A DNA stretch of 63,617 bases, filler included, from Reclinomonas americana ATCC 50394 (taxonomy: Eukaryota), in the NCBI GenBank assembly GCA_048213135.1. It is 5 parts of 3 records of this genome, joined end to end, with 100 filler letters (N's around TTAATTAATTAA, not from the genome) between each part and the next. Parts side by side here need not be neighbours in the genome. Positions count along the whole stretch, not along the records: positions 5,356 to 30,700 come from PS015159.1; 4 more parts are not named here. The stretch is one strand, 5' to 3'. Under the pieces are notes generated by a model, which searched no databases, was not told the origin of the DNA, and was given only the letters and a program-made list of their open reading frames with translations. Shown here one piece after another: positions 11,630 through 25,458 of the stretch. Each line of letters starts with the position of its first letter. Within the stretch, counting starts at the first letter, position 1. A program made the translations under genes and the position numbers.

Positions 11630-14600
11630 TTAGTGGACCAGGATCGGCGTCCGGCTCGTCTCAGAGCCCTCGTCCGACGGGTTTACGACAAAGGTCCACT
11701 CGCCTTGCACGGCGGCGCGCTCGCCAGTCGAGTCGACAATGGTGAGATCGTGTGCCTGGATGCCGAAGGAGTACGACTGCGATTGGCCCGGCTGCAGGAA
11801 CACCTTGCCGAAGCCGATCAGCGACTTCAGCGGAGCACCGTTGACACCTGGGCTTGGAGGAACCAAGAAACCGAGGACCGAGACAGCGCCGGCCACCTTG
11901 CCAGTGTTGGTGACCGTCACGGAGACGGTGGCGACGGGCGAAAACTCTGGACTGGACGGCAGCGGCGGCAGGTAGTGGCCGCGGTCATGCGCTTTGCGCG
12001 CGTAGTCCGCCACCGTCTCGTAGGACACCTGCAGGCCACCTCGTCGTGCCGCCGCGCTCGTGTACGTAAAGGTGGTGTAGGAGAGGCCAAAGCCGAACGC
12101 GTACACTGGCGCGCCAGTGTAGAAGCGGTACGTGCGACCGGGATTGTTCGTACCTGGACGCATGTTCATCTGCAGGGAGGGTGGCAACAGCGTGAGAAGA
12201 GGGAAGGAGACTGAGATAATGACATCTAACGCAACATCCAACATGGATACTTGTGAGGTGTACGCGGCCGGGTACATGGTGTACGGCATCCTGCCGGAGG
12301 GATTGACCTGCGCAGGGGGGATGGTAAGGGCAAGGGAACAAAACACAAAACTAGTGCATCCAAACACGGGGACGCACCGTGCCAAACAAAATGTCAGCCA
12401 GAGCAGTGCCACCACTCTGCACACCACACCGCAATCATTAGGTCACCAGCCGCAGAGTCACTCGCTTCCCATTCCCGCACACACACACACACACACCTGT
12501 CCGGGATAGCCGACCCACACAATCGCCGACACCTTGCTGGAGGTCTTGGCGACGGTGAGATCCACAGAACCGCCGGCCATCACCACCACAATGACAGGTC
12601 CGCGAGACGACGACGCGACGGCGGTGATCAGGTCGTTTTGCACTGCACGAGGGAAGAAGAGCATAGTGATCACCTAGTACCGTGCTGAAGCAACATTCTG
12701 CGAGGCCACTCACCACCAGGAAGGTCGATCGACTCACGGTCTGTGCGCAAGCAGGGGAGGTGACTGAGAATTATAGAATATCTTGCAGAATCAGGATCTT
12801 CGTCTCACAAACCGTTGCCTTCCGACTCCTGCGACTGATCGAGGCCAACAACAATGACGGTGGCATCGGCCACCGAGGCTGCGGTCTGTGCGCTCGAAAA
12901 GCCACCCTTGTCGGAGCCGCTGATCTTGCAGCCGCGGGTGAACGTGGAGCGTGGGGCGTACGCACTGATACCGGCAAAAGGAGACACGAGGAACGGCGCG
13001 ACACCTTCGTAATTGCCTTGCATTGTCTGCACGCACACGATGAGCACACCAGCCAACATCACGACGAACAAGCTCTGAGCCAACGCAACAGTGGTGGCAT
13101 CGCCATTCGGTCCGATCACGGCCACGCTTTGAATACTGCGAGTCGACAGCGGCAGCGTGCCGGCATCATTCCTCAGCAGCACGATACCCTCGCGTGCTGC
13201 ATCCAGGGCGAGGGCACGGTGTGCCTTGGTGTCGATGACGGTGGTGTTGTACTTGAGGTACGGTTGTGTGGGCACGGGGTCGAACATGCCGAGGCTGGCG
13301 AAATAGACNNNNNNNNNNNNNNNNNNNNAACGATGAGAGTGCGTGCGTGACAAGGTAACACACCGGAACTGAACGCGGAACAGGTTCGCCACATGCACAT
13401 CGATCTCAGCCGTGGAGACGGCACCGTCCGTGATGGCCGGCATGAGGTATTTGTTGAAGAAGCCACCGCATTCGATCTGTCGTTGTCGATTGAGTCACAT
13501 ACGTTCTGGGAACAGGCTCGCACACACTGCACGCAACATCCATGCCGGCATACAGCGTGACCTGCAGGGAAGAGTCAAGAAATAGAAGAGAAATCAGGAG
13601 AAGCGAGTGCGGGTGCAAGTGGAGTGCCTCGCGTCACACCTTGATGGTCTCATCCGTGGTCTTCGTGAACTTGTGCGCATACTGCACATCGTCCACAGCA
13701 CCGCAATCGCTGGTGATGTAGCCGTCGAAGCCCCACGTGTTGCGCGCCAGATCCGTCATGATGCGGCCGTTGGCGCACGAAGGAATGCCGTTGACGGCAT
13801 TGTAGGAGCACATGAGTGAGGAGACGCGACCACGCTGGATGCAGCCTTGGAAGGCGGGCAGGTAGGTGTCGGCCTGCGTGAGTAGACAAATGGTCAATGG
13901 CCCGTTGTTGAGTGCTGACGACTCGCTGTGCCTCACCTCATCTTGCGCCGTGACAATGGCGTTGAAGTGGAAGCGGTCAGTGCCCTTCCAGTTCTCGAGA
14001 GAGTAGGCGTAGTAGTGCTTGCAGCAGGCGCTGGCCTTCAAGTGGCGCGGGTCCTCGCCTGTGTGGAACACAGAGGGATGAGGTCGCACACGAGTGCGGG
14101 CACAGTGTGTGTGACTGACTACACACCCTCCTGCAGTCCCGGCACAAAGCTGGCAGCATAGGCAGCATTCATGAACGGGTCCTCGCCGGGCGTCTCCTGC
14201 CCGCGACCCCATCGCGGATCGCGAATGATGTTGATGTTGGGTGTCTGTGCACACCACCACTGCTCAGCTGCAGCATGGACCACCACCGTCGAAAGTGCAC
14301 ACAAACCCAAAACGTGAGACCCGCATGACCGGCGTTGCTAAAGGCGCGCGCCTCGGTGGAGACCACCTGCCCGATGGCGTTGAAGAGGGTGGAGTTGAAG
14401 GAGGCGGCGGTCAGAATCACTTGCGGGAACGAGGTGGCGTTGGTGGTGGGGGCGTTGAAGGAGACGCCGGGGGAGCTGAAAGGGGGGAGGAGGGGGAATG
14501 GAGGGGGAGAGAAGGGAGAGAGGAGGGAGAGTGAGAGGGCGGGAGAGACAAAGGAGAAGGGTGGCATGAGAGCACCGGCAAGTCTTGCACAAAGCAAACA

Positions 14601-15917
14601 GAGAGAGAGAGAGAAAGAGGGGGAAGTGGAGGCGGTGAGGGAACGAGGGAGAGAGAGTGAGAGAGTGAGTGAGAGAGGAAGAACGGTGGCATGACAGCAT
14701 ACATGTCGTCCAGAATGCAGAGAAACGGAGAGAAATGGAGAGAGATAGAGAGAGACAGANNNNNNNNNNNNNNNNNNNNNNNNNNNNNNNNNNNNNNNNN
14801 NNNNNNNNNNNNNNNNNNNNNNNNNNNNNNNNNNNNNNNNNNNNNNNNNNNNNNNNNNNNNNNNNNNNNNNNNNNNNNNNNNNNNNNNNNNNNNNNNNNN
14901 NNNNNNNNNNNNNNNNNNNNNNNNNNNNNNNNNNNNNNNNNNNNNNNNNNNNNNNNNNNNNNNNNNNNNNNNNNNNNNNNNNNNNNNNNNNNNNNNNNNN
15001 NNNNNNNNNNNNNNNNNNNNNNNNNNNNNNNNNNNNNNNNNNNNNNNNNNNNNNNNNNNNNNNNNNNNNNNNNNNNNNNNNNNNNNNNNNNNNNNNNNNN
15101 NNNNNNNNNNNNNNNNNNNNNNNNNNNNNNNNNNNNNNNNNNNNNNNNNNNNNNNNNNNNNNNNNNNNNNNNNNNNNNNNNNNNNNNNNNNNNNNNNNNN
15201 NNNNNNNNNNNNNNNNNNNNNNNNNNNNNNNNNNNNNNNNNNNNNNNNNNNNNNNNNNNNNNNNNNNNNNNNNNNNNNNNNNNNNNNNNNNNNNNNNNNN
15301 NNNNNNNNNNNNNNNNNNNNNNNNNNNNNNNNNNNNNNNNNNNNNNNNNNNNNNNNNNNNNNNGAGGGAGAGTGAGAGAAAGGAAGGACGACAAGTGACA
15401 AAGAGCGCACTGATAGAACACGGGTGGCATGACAGAATGCACGTCTTGCACGAAGCAAATAGAGAGGCAGAGAGAGAGAGAGAGAGAGGCAAGAGAGAGC
15501 AACGAAGGACGACACGTGACAACGGGCGCATTGAGAGAGGGAAGAAGGAAGACACGAGAAAGAGAGAGTTCGGAGAAATTGATCACCCTCATGCATGGAT
15601 GCATGCATGCATTCCCCTCTCCTCAACTCTGCGACACCATGCAGCGCCTCGCTCCACCACTGATAGGCGGGGATGTTGAGACGCGGAATGCCGGCAGCTC
15701 CATTGACAAACAGACCGGCCTTCTCCGCCGTGAGCAGCTGCGCGATGAGTGCACTCACGCGATTATTGATGGGCTTTGAGGGGTCACACACGGCGGTGGT
15801 GGAGAGCGGAGGGAGGTCACATGGGCGAGCAGCGGCGGTGATGTGCACGAGCAGTGTGGAGAGGGAGAGGCAGAAGAGGAGGGAGAGGAGGAGGAGGAGC
15901 GATGATCGGCGCGTCAT
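11630..15917 (-). CDS. Secreted glycoside hydrolase family 3 beta-xylosidase/beta-glucosidase with C-terminal FN3-like domain
   Basis: Signal peptide. Motifs [73 protein letters not shown] (catalytic nucleophile), GYPGQSGG and FGFGLSYT. First intron spans a gap. Confidence 0.95.
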
Positions 15918-16266
15918 TGCGCGATTTGGTGACTGCAGGACAGGGAGGGCACAACGGAAGTATCCGCGATGATATGTGCTGCGTCTCTCTACAGCTATGG
16001 TGCCAACTATTGCTACAGAGGAGAGCTCGAGCTCGTTGCAGTGTGGTTTGCAATTGGTAAATCCGAGCTACGAGAAACCATGCTGCTGCTGGTCACGACG
16101 GACTTGATCGATGGGCCAATCATCAGCAGAGGGCCAAAGACAGGGAAACAAAGCAAAGCTGGCGGATACGGATCCACAAAGCAAGCAATGTAGCTGGCAA
16201 CAAACACAAGACACAGCAAGTTTTTACCGATTCCCGACAATCGGCCAAATGCGGTTGGCAAATATG

Positions 16267-19196
16267 CTACGATTGCTTTGAAGAATCCTTCTCCTCTGGC
16301 GACAGAAGTGTGGCCGACAACTCAGGCAGCTCCAGCATGCCGTCCACCTCATCTGTGTCTTTCCGTGCCTGCCAAGCCGCTTTGACGCGCGGCATGAGCC
16401 ACAGATGGAGCAGGAGGCCAAAGACCAGGCTGTTGTGTCGGTGATCAGTGCATAATCTAGAGCCGTGTGAGAACGACACAGAAGCAGGCGCAACGTTGTG
16501 ACAGCCTCGCGTGCGAGAGGCGCGACACCGAGCATTCCAATGTATGAGCCGTTAAACGCATACCGCGACAACTGGGAGTGCGCGTAAGATGAAAGACGAC
16601 GCCAATAACACCCCCCTCCACACACACGCACACACACACTCTCTCATGCTCACCAATGTGATCATCAGCGTCGTGCACACGACAATGCTAACGTCGATAA
16701 CAGTGACTGCGCTATAGAACATCTGGAACACACAAGAGTTTAGAGTCGGAAGAACTGTCAGCTGCAAAGAGAGAGACAACAGATCGCGAACATAACACAA
16801 GAAGGCTGTTCTTGTAATTGTCGAGAATGCTGTACACAATTACTCGTCAGCTGCCGGCTGCTACACAACGTTCCTCGATCGCCCATTCGTGCGCTCTGAA
16901 CTCACCAGATAGCACCATCGTGACATAGACGTACGGCACCAGGCTCTTTGCTATGGGCACCACTTGCGAAAGCAGAGACGGAGGAATCATTTGATCGCCC
17001 ACCGTCTCCCACAAGTCGGCACCTGGATGGTGTGATCATGAGGAACCGTGAACGACTGAAAATCATCACCTCTCGAGAAACGCCGATACTCACCAAACGC
17101 CAGTGCCACGCCGAAAGCTAATAGGACCACGCAGCACGCGTATGAAAAGTACAGCACAAACATAAAGGATGCGTAGCGTGTGCGCACGGACAGACGACTG
17201 TGTTGATGGACGTTAGAAAGCCAGGCTGCACAAAGTGAGAGGGAGGAGTAGTAAGCGTGCACTAACCTGCCCACCACCAGCACGTAATCCTCGAAGATCG
17301 ACGGCACGACTGCACGTGTGGACATTACATGGGACGAGGTGCATGTCAGCATATTCACCAAATGACACGCAACTGCCTATGAGACCGGCCAGCGTACTCG
17401 ATGCCGAGCTGCAAAGTGCGCCACTTTGTTCGTTGCGTGTGCACATACCACTACTCTCGTTCACACCCTACCTTCCAAAGGATACCAAAACTGACAGTTG
17501 ACCGGTGTACACGCCTACATTCGGAGACGAAGGTTCAGTCACTGGCACAGTTAGGACAAGATTTGGCGCCATTGATATACAAAGCAAACCGACAACAAAA
17601 TTGACAATGGCCTCGCTGTGCTGTAAGAGGTAAGGAGCAAGCACTTCACACCAAACTGCGACGCATGACGCACATTGTGTCTTTGCTGCAGTGCAGCAAC
17701 GAGAACTTGAGCAAGTTGGAGTCGCCGGCGAGTTTGATCTTGGAAGCCACGGAGAAGTTGAAAATGCCATACTGCGGGCGAGTCACCCGATAAGTACGCG
17801 GCGCTCGCCCACGCATGAGAAACACTTTTTTGGTTCCACACCTGCTGCCGGGGAGCTTCTCGCAGTATGACACCCAGCATGAGAAGAGCGGGGACCATAT
17901 CCAGCGCAACCGTTCTGCGTTGATGGATGGAAGAGTGAACGCTTGACTCCCACTCTTCTCTTTCCCTCTAGATCTCTCACGCAACGCGATGGCAGAACCC
18001 ACAAGAGGATCAACCTGTGGCCAATAATGTAGAGAGCGTGAGAAGGCGGCTGCTCGATCGCGTCAAACAACGACGCAACATGCTCCGGCAACGTCAGTGC
18101 GAAGATTAGAAACACAACAAGACCGACGGTTTCCGCGCAAACCCCTACGCGAAAGCATGAGCATGGAGAACTCGGAAAAAACATAGGTACACGACAAACA
18201 TTCAATCGCCCGTGCTGTGCCCAGCAGCGTCCCATCCATCACCGATTTGATGGGGGTGAAGACGAAGAGGACGGAGCGAATGCGCCAATACTGGTGCCGA
18301 GTGTTTGAGTCAAAACTTGTGCACCTGTACGAAGCGACACGGAGCTAGATGCAACACTCACCGCAGTACCTGCGTCAGAGTACTCAGCTCGATCGTACAG
18401 CGCAAAGATCTGCGCCTGCAGCGGGAGAAACACGACCATGACCAGCGCACCAGAAACGAGCGCCGCCAGCATCATGGCACGAAAGACGCGTCCTACACCC
18501 CGATAAGACCACACTGCCGATCAAAGCCATCAAAAAGACAAGCCGCAGAACTCACCGACTCGAAAGTTGCAGAGGCGCTCGTCAGCACGCTCGTCACTTC
18601 GCGAGATGACATTGGTGGTGACGGCAGACATGAATGTAACTACACTGGTGACGAACGAGAAGGGGCCTTGAGCGGCCAGCCACGCGACAGACGCGCTCGT
18701 CGATGCTCGTTGTATGACTGTACGCGCAGCGATGTAGCCCGCGGATTCACTACTTATCCTACTTGTGAGTACCATCGATATCTCGCTTGAGAAACAAAAT
18801 GAGAGGCGAGCGACGCACCCGATGATCGAGCACATCATACCAACGCCCACAATAAACAGCAGATCGGCAGGAAGTCGCTCAGATGGCAGCGGAGACCTGG
18901 TCAATTTGGATGCACGCATGCAATGAGCATCTTCTCGCGCAGTTGCATGAGAAGTACGCTTGCAAACAGCCACCTGAGTTTTCGCCTCAGCCAAGTCGCC
19001 GTGCGAGTGGCACAGCCTTGCGATGCCTTGAATGCAGGCTGCGCATCTGGTGGATCCACTGGAGCTGCATTATCCTATTGGATGAAGATCGATGATCCTG
19101 TGAGATCCTGTACGATGGAGAGAGCGTGACTAACGCAACAGAGCCGATGAGTAATCCGCCGGTCAGCGACGACGCCACGCTCTCGGTGCGGAGCAT
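16267..19196 (-). CDS. Polytopic membrane protein, MATE/DinF-like efflux transporter
   Basis: Many hydrophobic exons that splice in frame. YWRIRSVLFVFTPIKSVMDGTLLG and LVGSAIATVALD resemble MATE motifs (YLRIR...G; GAAIATV). Both ends are approximate. Confidence 0.6.
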
Positions 19197-19549
19197 GTCG
19201 ATATTAGCAGCGACAGGACAGGACTTTTCAAGCGATATTAATCTTGCTTGCCCCCAACCATCACCTCAGGCTGCGTGTCACAACATAGACAACAATGAGC
19301 GACTTTCTTTCTCTTCCGCCCTCTCCCTCCTTCCCCAAAAAGCGTTACCTTTCCCTGACTTCGAATTCGAATTCCACACTGCGTGGCGACATCCAGCTCA
19401 TGTACGCGGCCAGAAGATGCCGCCGACGCCGCTGCCGCATTGTTGAAACCCGCTGCAGCTGCAACTTAGCATCTTGAGAACGAAGTTTGTTATCCCCGCG
19501 CAAGTTGTCCACCAAGAGCATATTTTCTCAATTTCCCGAACACACAAAC

Positions 19550-19826
19550 ATGTTGATTGAAGGCGGAATGACAGTGCCCCTGGTGGCCTCGGCAGTCGCC
19601 GGCATTGTGTCGCGCATCGTGTTGCACCCTGTCGACACTCTCAAGACCATTCGACAAGCCGAGGCAAGGAAGATGCATCAGTCATCTCTCATCACTCATC
19701 TCTCTCTCACTCACCTCTTCATCACACAGTCGAGTCGATTCGGCGTGCGACCAAGCCTCCTCAACACTGTGCGCACTGTCTTCCGGAACTCGGGCTTTGT
19801 CGGCTTTTACTCCGGAGTCGCAGTCG
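19550..19826 (+). CDS. Mitochondrial carrier (SLC25) family, first two exons
   Basis: ASAVAGIVSRIVLHPVDTLKTIRQ carries the Px[DE]xx[KR] signature, followed by GFVGFYSGV. Ends at a GTGAGT donor before the (CA)n run. Confidence 0.9.
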
Positions 19827-19839
19827 GTGAGTGATGCAT

Positions 19840-19959
<120 letters not shown>

Positions 19960-20850
19960 CGACGANNNNNNNNNNNNNNNNNNNNNNNNNNNNNNNNNNN
20001 NNNNNNNNNNNNNNNNNNNNNNNNNNNNNNNNNNNNNNNNNNNNNNNNNNNNNNNNNNNNNNNNNNNNNNNNNNNNNNNNNNNNNNNNNNNNNNNNNNNN
20101 NNNNNNNNNNNNNNNNNNNNNNNNNNNNNNNNNNNNNNNNNNNNNNNNNNNNNNNNNNNNNNNNNNNNNNNNNNNNNNNNNNNNNNNNNNNNNNNNNNNN
20201 NNNNNNNNNNNNNNNNNNNNNNNNNNNNNNNNNNNNNNNNNNNNNNNNNNNNNNNNNNNNNNNNNNNNNNNNNNNNNNNNNNNNNNNNNNNNNNNNNNNN
20301 NNNNNNNNNNNNNNNNNNNNNNNNNNNNNNNNNNNNNNNNNNNNNNNNNNNNNNNNNNNNNNNNNNNNNNNNNNNNNNNNNNNNNNNNNNNNNNNNNNNN
20401 NNNNNNNNNNNNNNNNNNNNNNNNNNNNNNNNNNNNNNNNNNNNNNNNNNNNNNNNNNNNNNNNNNNNNNNNNNNNNNNNNNNNNNNNNNNNNNNNNNNN
20501 NNNNNNNNNNNNNNNNNNNNNNNNNNNNNNNNNNNNNNNNNNNNNNNNNNNNNNNNNNNNNNNNNNNNNNNNNNNNNNNNNNNNNNNNNNNNNNNNNNNN
20601 NNNNNNNNNNNNNNNNNNNNNNNNNNNNNNNNNNNNNNNNNNNNNNNNNNNNNNNNNNNNNNNNNNNNNNNNNNNNNNNNNNNNNNNNNNNNNNNNNNNN
20701 NNNNNNNNNNNNNNNNNNNNNNNNNNNNNNNNNNNNNNNNNNNNNNNNNNNNNNNNNNNNNNNNNNNNNNNNNNNNNNNNNNNAAGAGGTGAATGGGGAG
20801 ACTGCGAAACTGGTACACACTCTCATGCAACGCAGGCGGCGGCTGCTCAC

Positions 20851-21471
20851 CTGCAAGCGTACTTTGATCAAGTCTATGGGATTCGTCAGAAAGGCGGCCA
20901 TGGCGCCTGCTGCAGCGCCACAAGCTGCGCGTACGCGTGTTAGCGACAGTGCAGAACCCGCTTCCTCGTGTTGAGCGGAAACGCACCGAAAAATACATAA
21001 TGCGGCAACGCGGCCACCTCCTCCACCCGATAGTGCCGCATGAAGCCGACCTTGAGCTGCTCGTAAAACATCAAGTAGAGACCGCTGTAGGGCCCAAACG
21101 TCAACAGCGTCGCGCCGAGTCCCTTGTAGAAGCCGCGAATGCCAGCCGTGTCCCAGATCTTGCCGGCTATGCGCGTCACTGGCACGTACCGCTGCGTGCT
21201 GATCGCCTGCTGTCGCTGCTTCAAAACATCCACTGGCACCCATCTGGTGCGAGGGGATCGCGGAATGAGGGGTGGTGGCACGAGACGAGACAGACAAAAA
21301 GAGAGACAGGCGAGCGCAACATGCACGAGCTGCCGAGCTCTGCGGCAAAGCCGGCACAAAAGTCGGCAATCAGTGGTCGCTCCCGCAGTGCAGGCAGGCG
21401 ATGGAGGTAGCTCTTGGTGACTTCGTACGTGGAAAAGTAAAGCATGCCCGCGGGCACAGAGCCGGTCATTG
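20851..21471 (-). CDS. Mitochondrial carrier, continuation (repeats 1-3) on an inverted contig
   Basis: AMTGSVPAGMLYFSTYE, WVPVDVLKQRQQ, GIRGFYKGLGATL and FLTNPIDLIKVRLQ. Splices in phase 1 onto the + strand exon ending at 19826. Confidence 0.9.
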
Positions 21472-22282
21472 CTGCACACAGTGCGGCGGAGTCAACAAGA
21501 GGAGGAGACAACGCATGCCTTACTCCCTCCTCTCTGTTCGCAGGTGTGTGTGTGTGTGTGTATGNNNNNNNNNNNNNNNNNNNNNNNNNNNNNNNNNNNN
21601 NNNNNNNNNNNNNNNNNNNNNNNNNNNNNNNNNNNNNNNNNNNNNNNNNNNNNNNNNNNNNNNNNNNNNNNNNNNNNNNNNNNNNNNNNNNNNNNNNNNN
21701 NNNNNNNNNNNNNNNNNNNNNNNNNNNNNNNNNNNNNNNNNNNNNNNNNNNNNNNNNNNNNNNNNNNNNNNNNNNNNNNNNNNNNNNNNNNNNNNNNNNN
21801 NNNNNNNNNNNNNNNNNNNNNNNNNNNNNNNNNNNNNNNNNNNNNNNNNNNNNNNNNNNNNNNNNNNNNNNNNNNNNNNNNNNNNNNNNNNNNNNNNNNN
21901 NNNNNNNNNNNNNNNNNNNNNNNNNNNNNNNNNNNNNNNNNNNNNNNNNNNNNNNNNNNNNNNNNNNNNNNNNNNNNNNNNNNNNNNNNNNNNNNNNNNN
22001 NNNNNNNNNNNNNNNNNNNNNNNNNNNNNNNNNNNNNNNNNNNNNNNNNNNNNNNNNNNNNNNNNNNNNNNNNNNNNNNNNNNNNNNNNNNNNNNNNNNN
22101 NNNNNNNNNNNNNNNNNNNNNNNNNNNNNNNNNNNNNNNNNNNNNNNNNNNNNNNNNNNNNNNNNNNNNNNNNNNNNNNNNNNNNNNNNNNNNNNNNNNN
22201 NNNNNNNNNNNNNNNNNNNNNNNNNNNNNGGGGGGGAAGGTGGTTAATGGGGAAAGTGAGGCAGAGAGACGAGCGTACTCAT

Positions 22283-22903
22283 TCCCTTGTGTTCTTCCGC
22301 AGACGAAGCGATGAAGAGAGTATTGACGGCGACGAGTTGAGAATTACAAGAGTGAACGCCCCTGGTGTATTAGTAGTATGCAGCCAGTGGCAGCGCTTGT
22401 CTCCAGTGCACCAGCTTCGTCGCGTCCTGCAAACGACGCATTGGACAACTCGTCGTCGTCGTCGTCGCGCGAGGCACCTGTGCCACCCAGCAGCACCTCC
22501 ACCATGAGTGACACTCCCGCCTCTGCAGCAGCACCACCAGCAGCAGCAGCTCGTTGCGTGTCCCACTGTGCACAGTCGCAGACAACTGACGTCGCTCACA
22601 CTCTGCCTGACCAACACAACAACAACCACCACCACCGCAGCAGCAGCATCAGCAGCATCCGTCAGCGCAGAAGAGCTCCAACAACGACGCATCGACATTC
22701 TCCAACGAGCCCGCGAACTACAAGAACAAGAAGGCACATTCTCTCTCTCTTTGTCTCTCTGTCTTTCTCTCATGCGCACGCTCACTCACTGCCCCACATC
22801 GCACATACGCGCTCACAGACCAAGTCTTCAACGTCATTCGTGCCACGCGACTGCTGGCCACCGCACCTGCTGCTGCAGCACAACATCCATCATCCACTCA
22901 ATG
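22283..22903 (+). CDS. 3' part of a hypothetical protein
   Basis: Exons such as SVSAEELQQRRIDILQRARELQEQE, joined through a probable GC-AG intron (22734-22818) to DQVFNVIRATRLL...STQ*. 5' end is unclear. Confidence 0.4.
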
Positions 22904-23087
22904 AACCACACTTGTCTTTTTTACTTTGCTTGTCTTGTGCACGCATGAACAGCGCAGTGTTGACTACAGACGGCGGACTGTTGCGCTCCTCACACAAACA
23001 CACACACTCTCTCACATACTCACACTCACTCATGCACACAGTGACAATGATCGTCCGCATCGTCGCTCCTCACTGAGTGAGTCAGCA

Positions 23088-25157
23088 ATGGCCGCTCGTC
23101 GTGCCACCTCTCGTTACACTCTGCAAGAGCACATCCGCACGGCCTCACTCAACTCCGTCACTGATGACGACGAGTCACTGGAGGTGCGAGTGCGCATCAT
23201 GACGGTTTTGTAACTTGCTCTTCCACTGTCTCTCTCTCATGCACATGTGCGTGTGTGTGTGTAGAGTCTTGTGCGTACTCCGCAAAGTGCCGCGCTCAAC
23301 GACTGGATCGCCGCCAATGTCATCGAGTTCTATGATGCCGCCAATTTGCTCTTTGGGAACGTGCAAGCCGACTGCACGCGGGATTCGTGTCCAAAGATGA
23401 CCGCCGGACCCAGGTTGCTCACCTGACACACATACGCAGCTTCTTGTTCTGCATGCAGCGTGTCCCCTTATGCAACATGCGCAGGTTTGAGTACTTGTGG
23501 GGAGAGCCTCCGCTGGTGCCGGCGAATGGACAACCGATCTCGGTGCCAGCGCATCAGTACGTGTCGCTGCTGCTGGAGTGGATCGATGCGTTGATGAATG
23601 ACACGGAGGTGTTTCCCGTGGAGCCGGGTGCACGGTATCCACCGCATTTCTCCGAGTTGATGCACAAGGTGTATCGGAGGCTGTTCCGCGTGTTTGCTCA
23701 CATCTACCATCATCATCTACCGACGATGAAGGTGAGGAGGTGGCAGGGGCGAGGGTGTTTATTGCGGGTGCGGGTGGGGCGTTCTGCAGTTCGTGAAATG
23801 GGGCACGTGTTGGGCACTGGGTAACGACGAGATGCAGTTCACGTGGTAGATCGCGCAAGCACTCACCTCGTTACTTGCTCAGAAACGCGGCCCAAAGGCC
23901 TCCTCGGTGCTCCATCACGCGTTCGAGCACTTTGTCTTCTTTGTGCACGAGCACAACATCATCGGCAAGAAAGACATGGCGCCCCTCGCCGATTGTGTGG
24001 AGCGCGTACTCAGCCGCGATCCCACGAGACCGACTGCCTCGGCTGCCGCCGGTGGTGCGTTTTTCCTGCACATCGTTGTTTGGGTGTGGTCAGATCACCG
24101 ATTGCGACTTCATGACACAGGTGGCTCGTCCAGCAAAGTGGGCGCGGCCTCGGCTGCCGCCGCCACGGCCGCTGCTGTCGCTGCTGGTGTGCTACATGCC
24201 TTGCGACTCTTTCCATGCGTCGGGAAGACAGTGTGCCTCACTCACTTTTGCTATCGCAGCAGGACCGAGTGCTGGATCCCGCGGTGCACCGCCCCCTCTT
24301 CCCGACCGCAAGGGCAAGCTCGGTGTTCGCCGATTAGGCACCGTTGACGAACTGGAAGACACAGCTGGTTAGCCGCAGATCCATGTCTTGCAATTCCTAT
24401 CATCACCTATCCTCATGCACGCACACCGCCTTCTGCAGAAACGCCGTCCACCTTGGTTCATGACAGCCGGTGAGTGACAAGCAAGCACCAACTTATTTGT
24501 GCATTTGTCGACTTGTGTGCTCACGTGTGCCTCGCAACGCAGTTTCGGCGGCTCTCCTTCGGCAGGTTCGACCACCTCCTTTCAAGCTGTGCCACACAGT
24601 AAGCTTGCTCACCAGTCATTTATCGCTCACAGCATCGCCGTCGTCTCGCTCGCCTGCCTCCGGTAACTCGTCGTCCTCTTCCTCCTTCTTGCTCTCCATC
24701 TCACTTGTGCATTTTGCAGCTGGTTCACCACATGCTGGAAATACGCCTGGTTCGCGTGCACGCCACCATGTTCTGCTCCTCGTACATTCCACTCATTGCC
24801 TTGCTCTCTGCCTGCAGCACCGCCGCCAAAGCCGAGGAGCATGAGCAGTGTTATCATACATGATCGTGGTGCGTGTGCGGCGCGCTTTGCAGACATTCTC
24901 GCCGTCTTCGCAATGACATCGCCCTGTGCCTCATCGCAGCCCCGGACTCACCATCATCGCCGTCTGGCAAGCCCGCCTCTCCTCAACAGCTAGAACTTGC
25001 ACGAGCTGCTCAACTCTTGCGCGCTCGTGGACCTCCACCGCCGCCACCGCCACCACCGCCGGCCAACCGCTCTCCTCCAGCGGGCACCGCGACGACAGTA
25101 ACACCTCTACCATCACCACCTCCGCCGCCGCCGCCGCCGCCGCCGCCAGCACGCTAA
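23088..25157 (+). CDS. MOB kinase activator (MOB1/phocein family) with a long Ser/Pro-rich C-terminal extension
   Basis: LNDWIAANVIEFY, CPKMTAGPRFEYLW, LLEWIDALMNDTEVFP, YRRLFRVFAHIYHHH and FEHFVFFVHEHNII. A chain of small exons then continues in frame to the poly-Pro stop at 25157. Confidence 0.9.
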
Positions 25158-25458
25158 CGCGACTCGTTTGTTCGTGGGCAATTTTCTCCCTGCGCACTCG
25201 TCCAACATTGAATCGTGTTGTTACATTCGCGTTGCGATTCATTGTCGCCCGCCCGGGTCACCGACTTCGGATTATTCATCGCTGATCGTCTGCGTGGGGT
25301 GACGTGAATCACACAGTCAGTTGGCATGCGCAGTCATCAACACGCGACAGAAGAAACGCAACAGAGAGGCTGCGCGTGTGCGCGTCCGTATGGAGACGAG
25401 AGAGCTGCAGGAAGATGCGAACAATCAGCACAACGTGATTCGGCAGCAGCAGCAGCAG

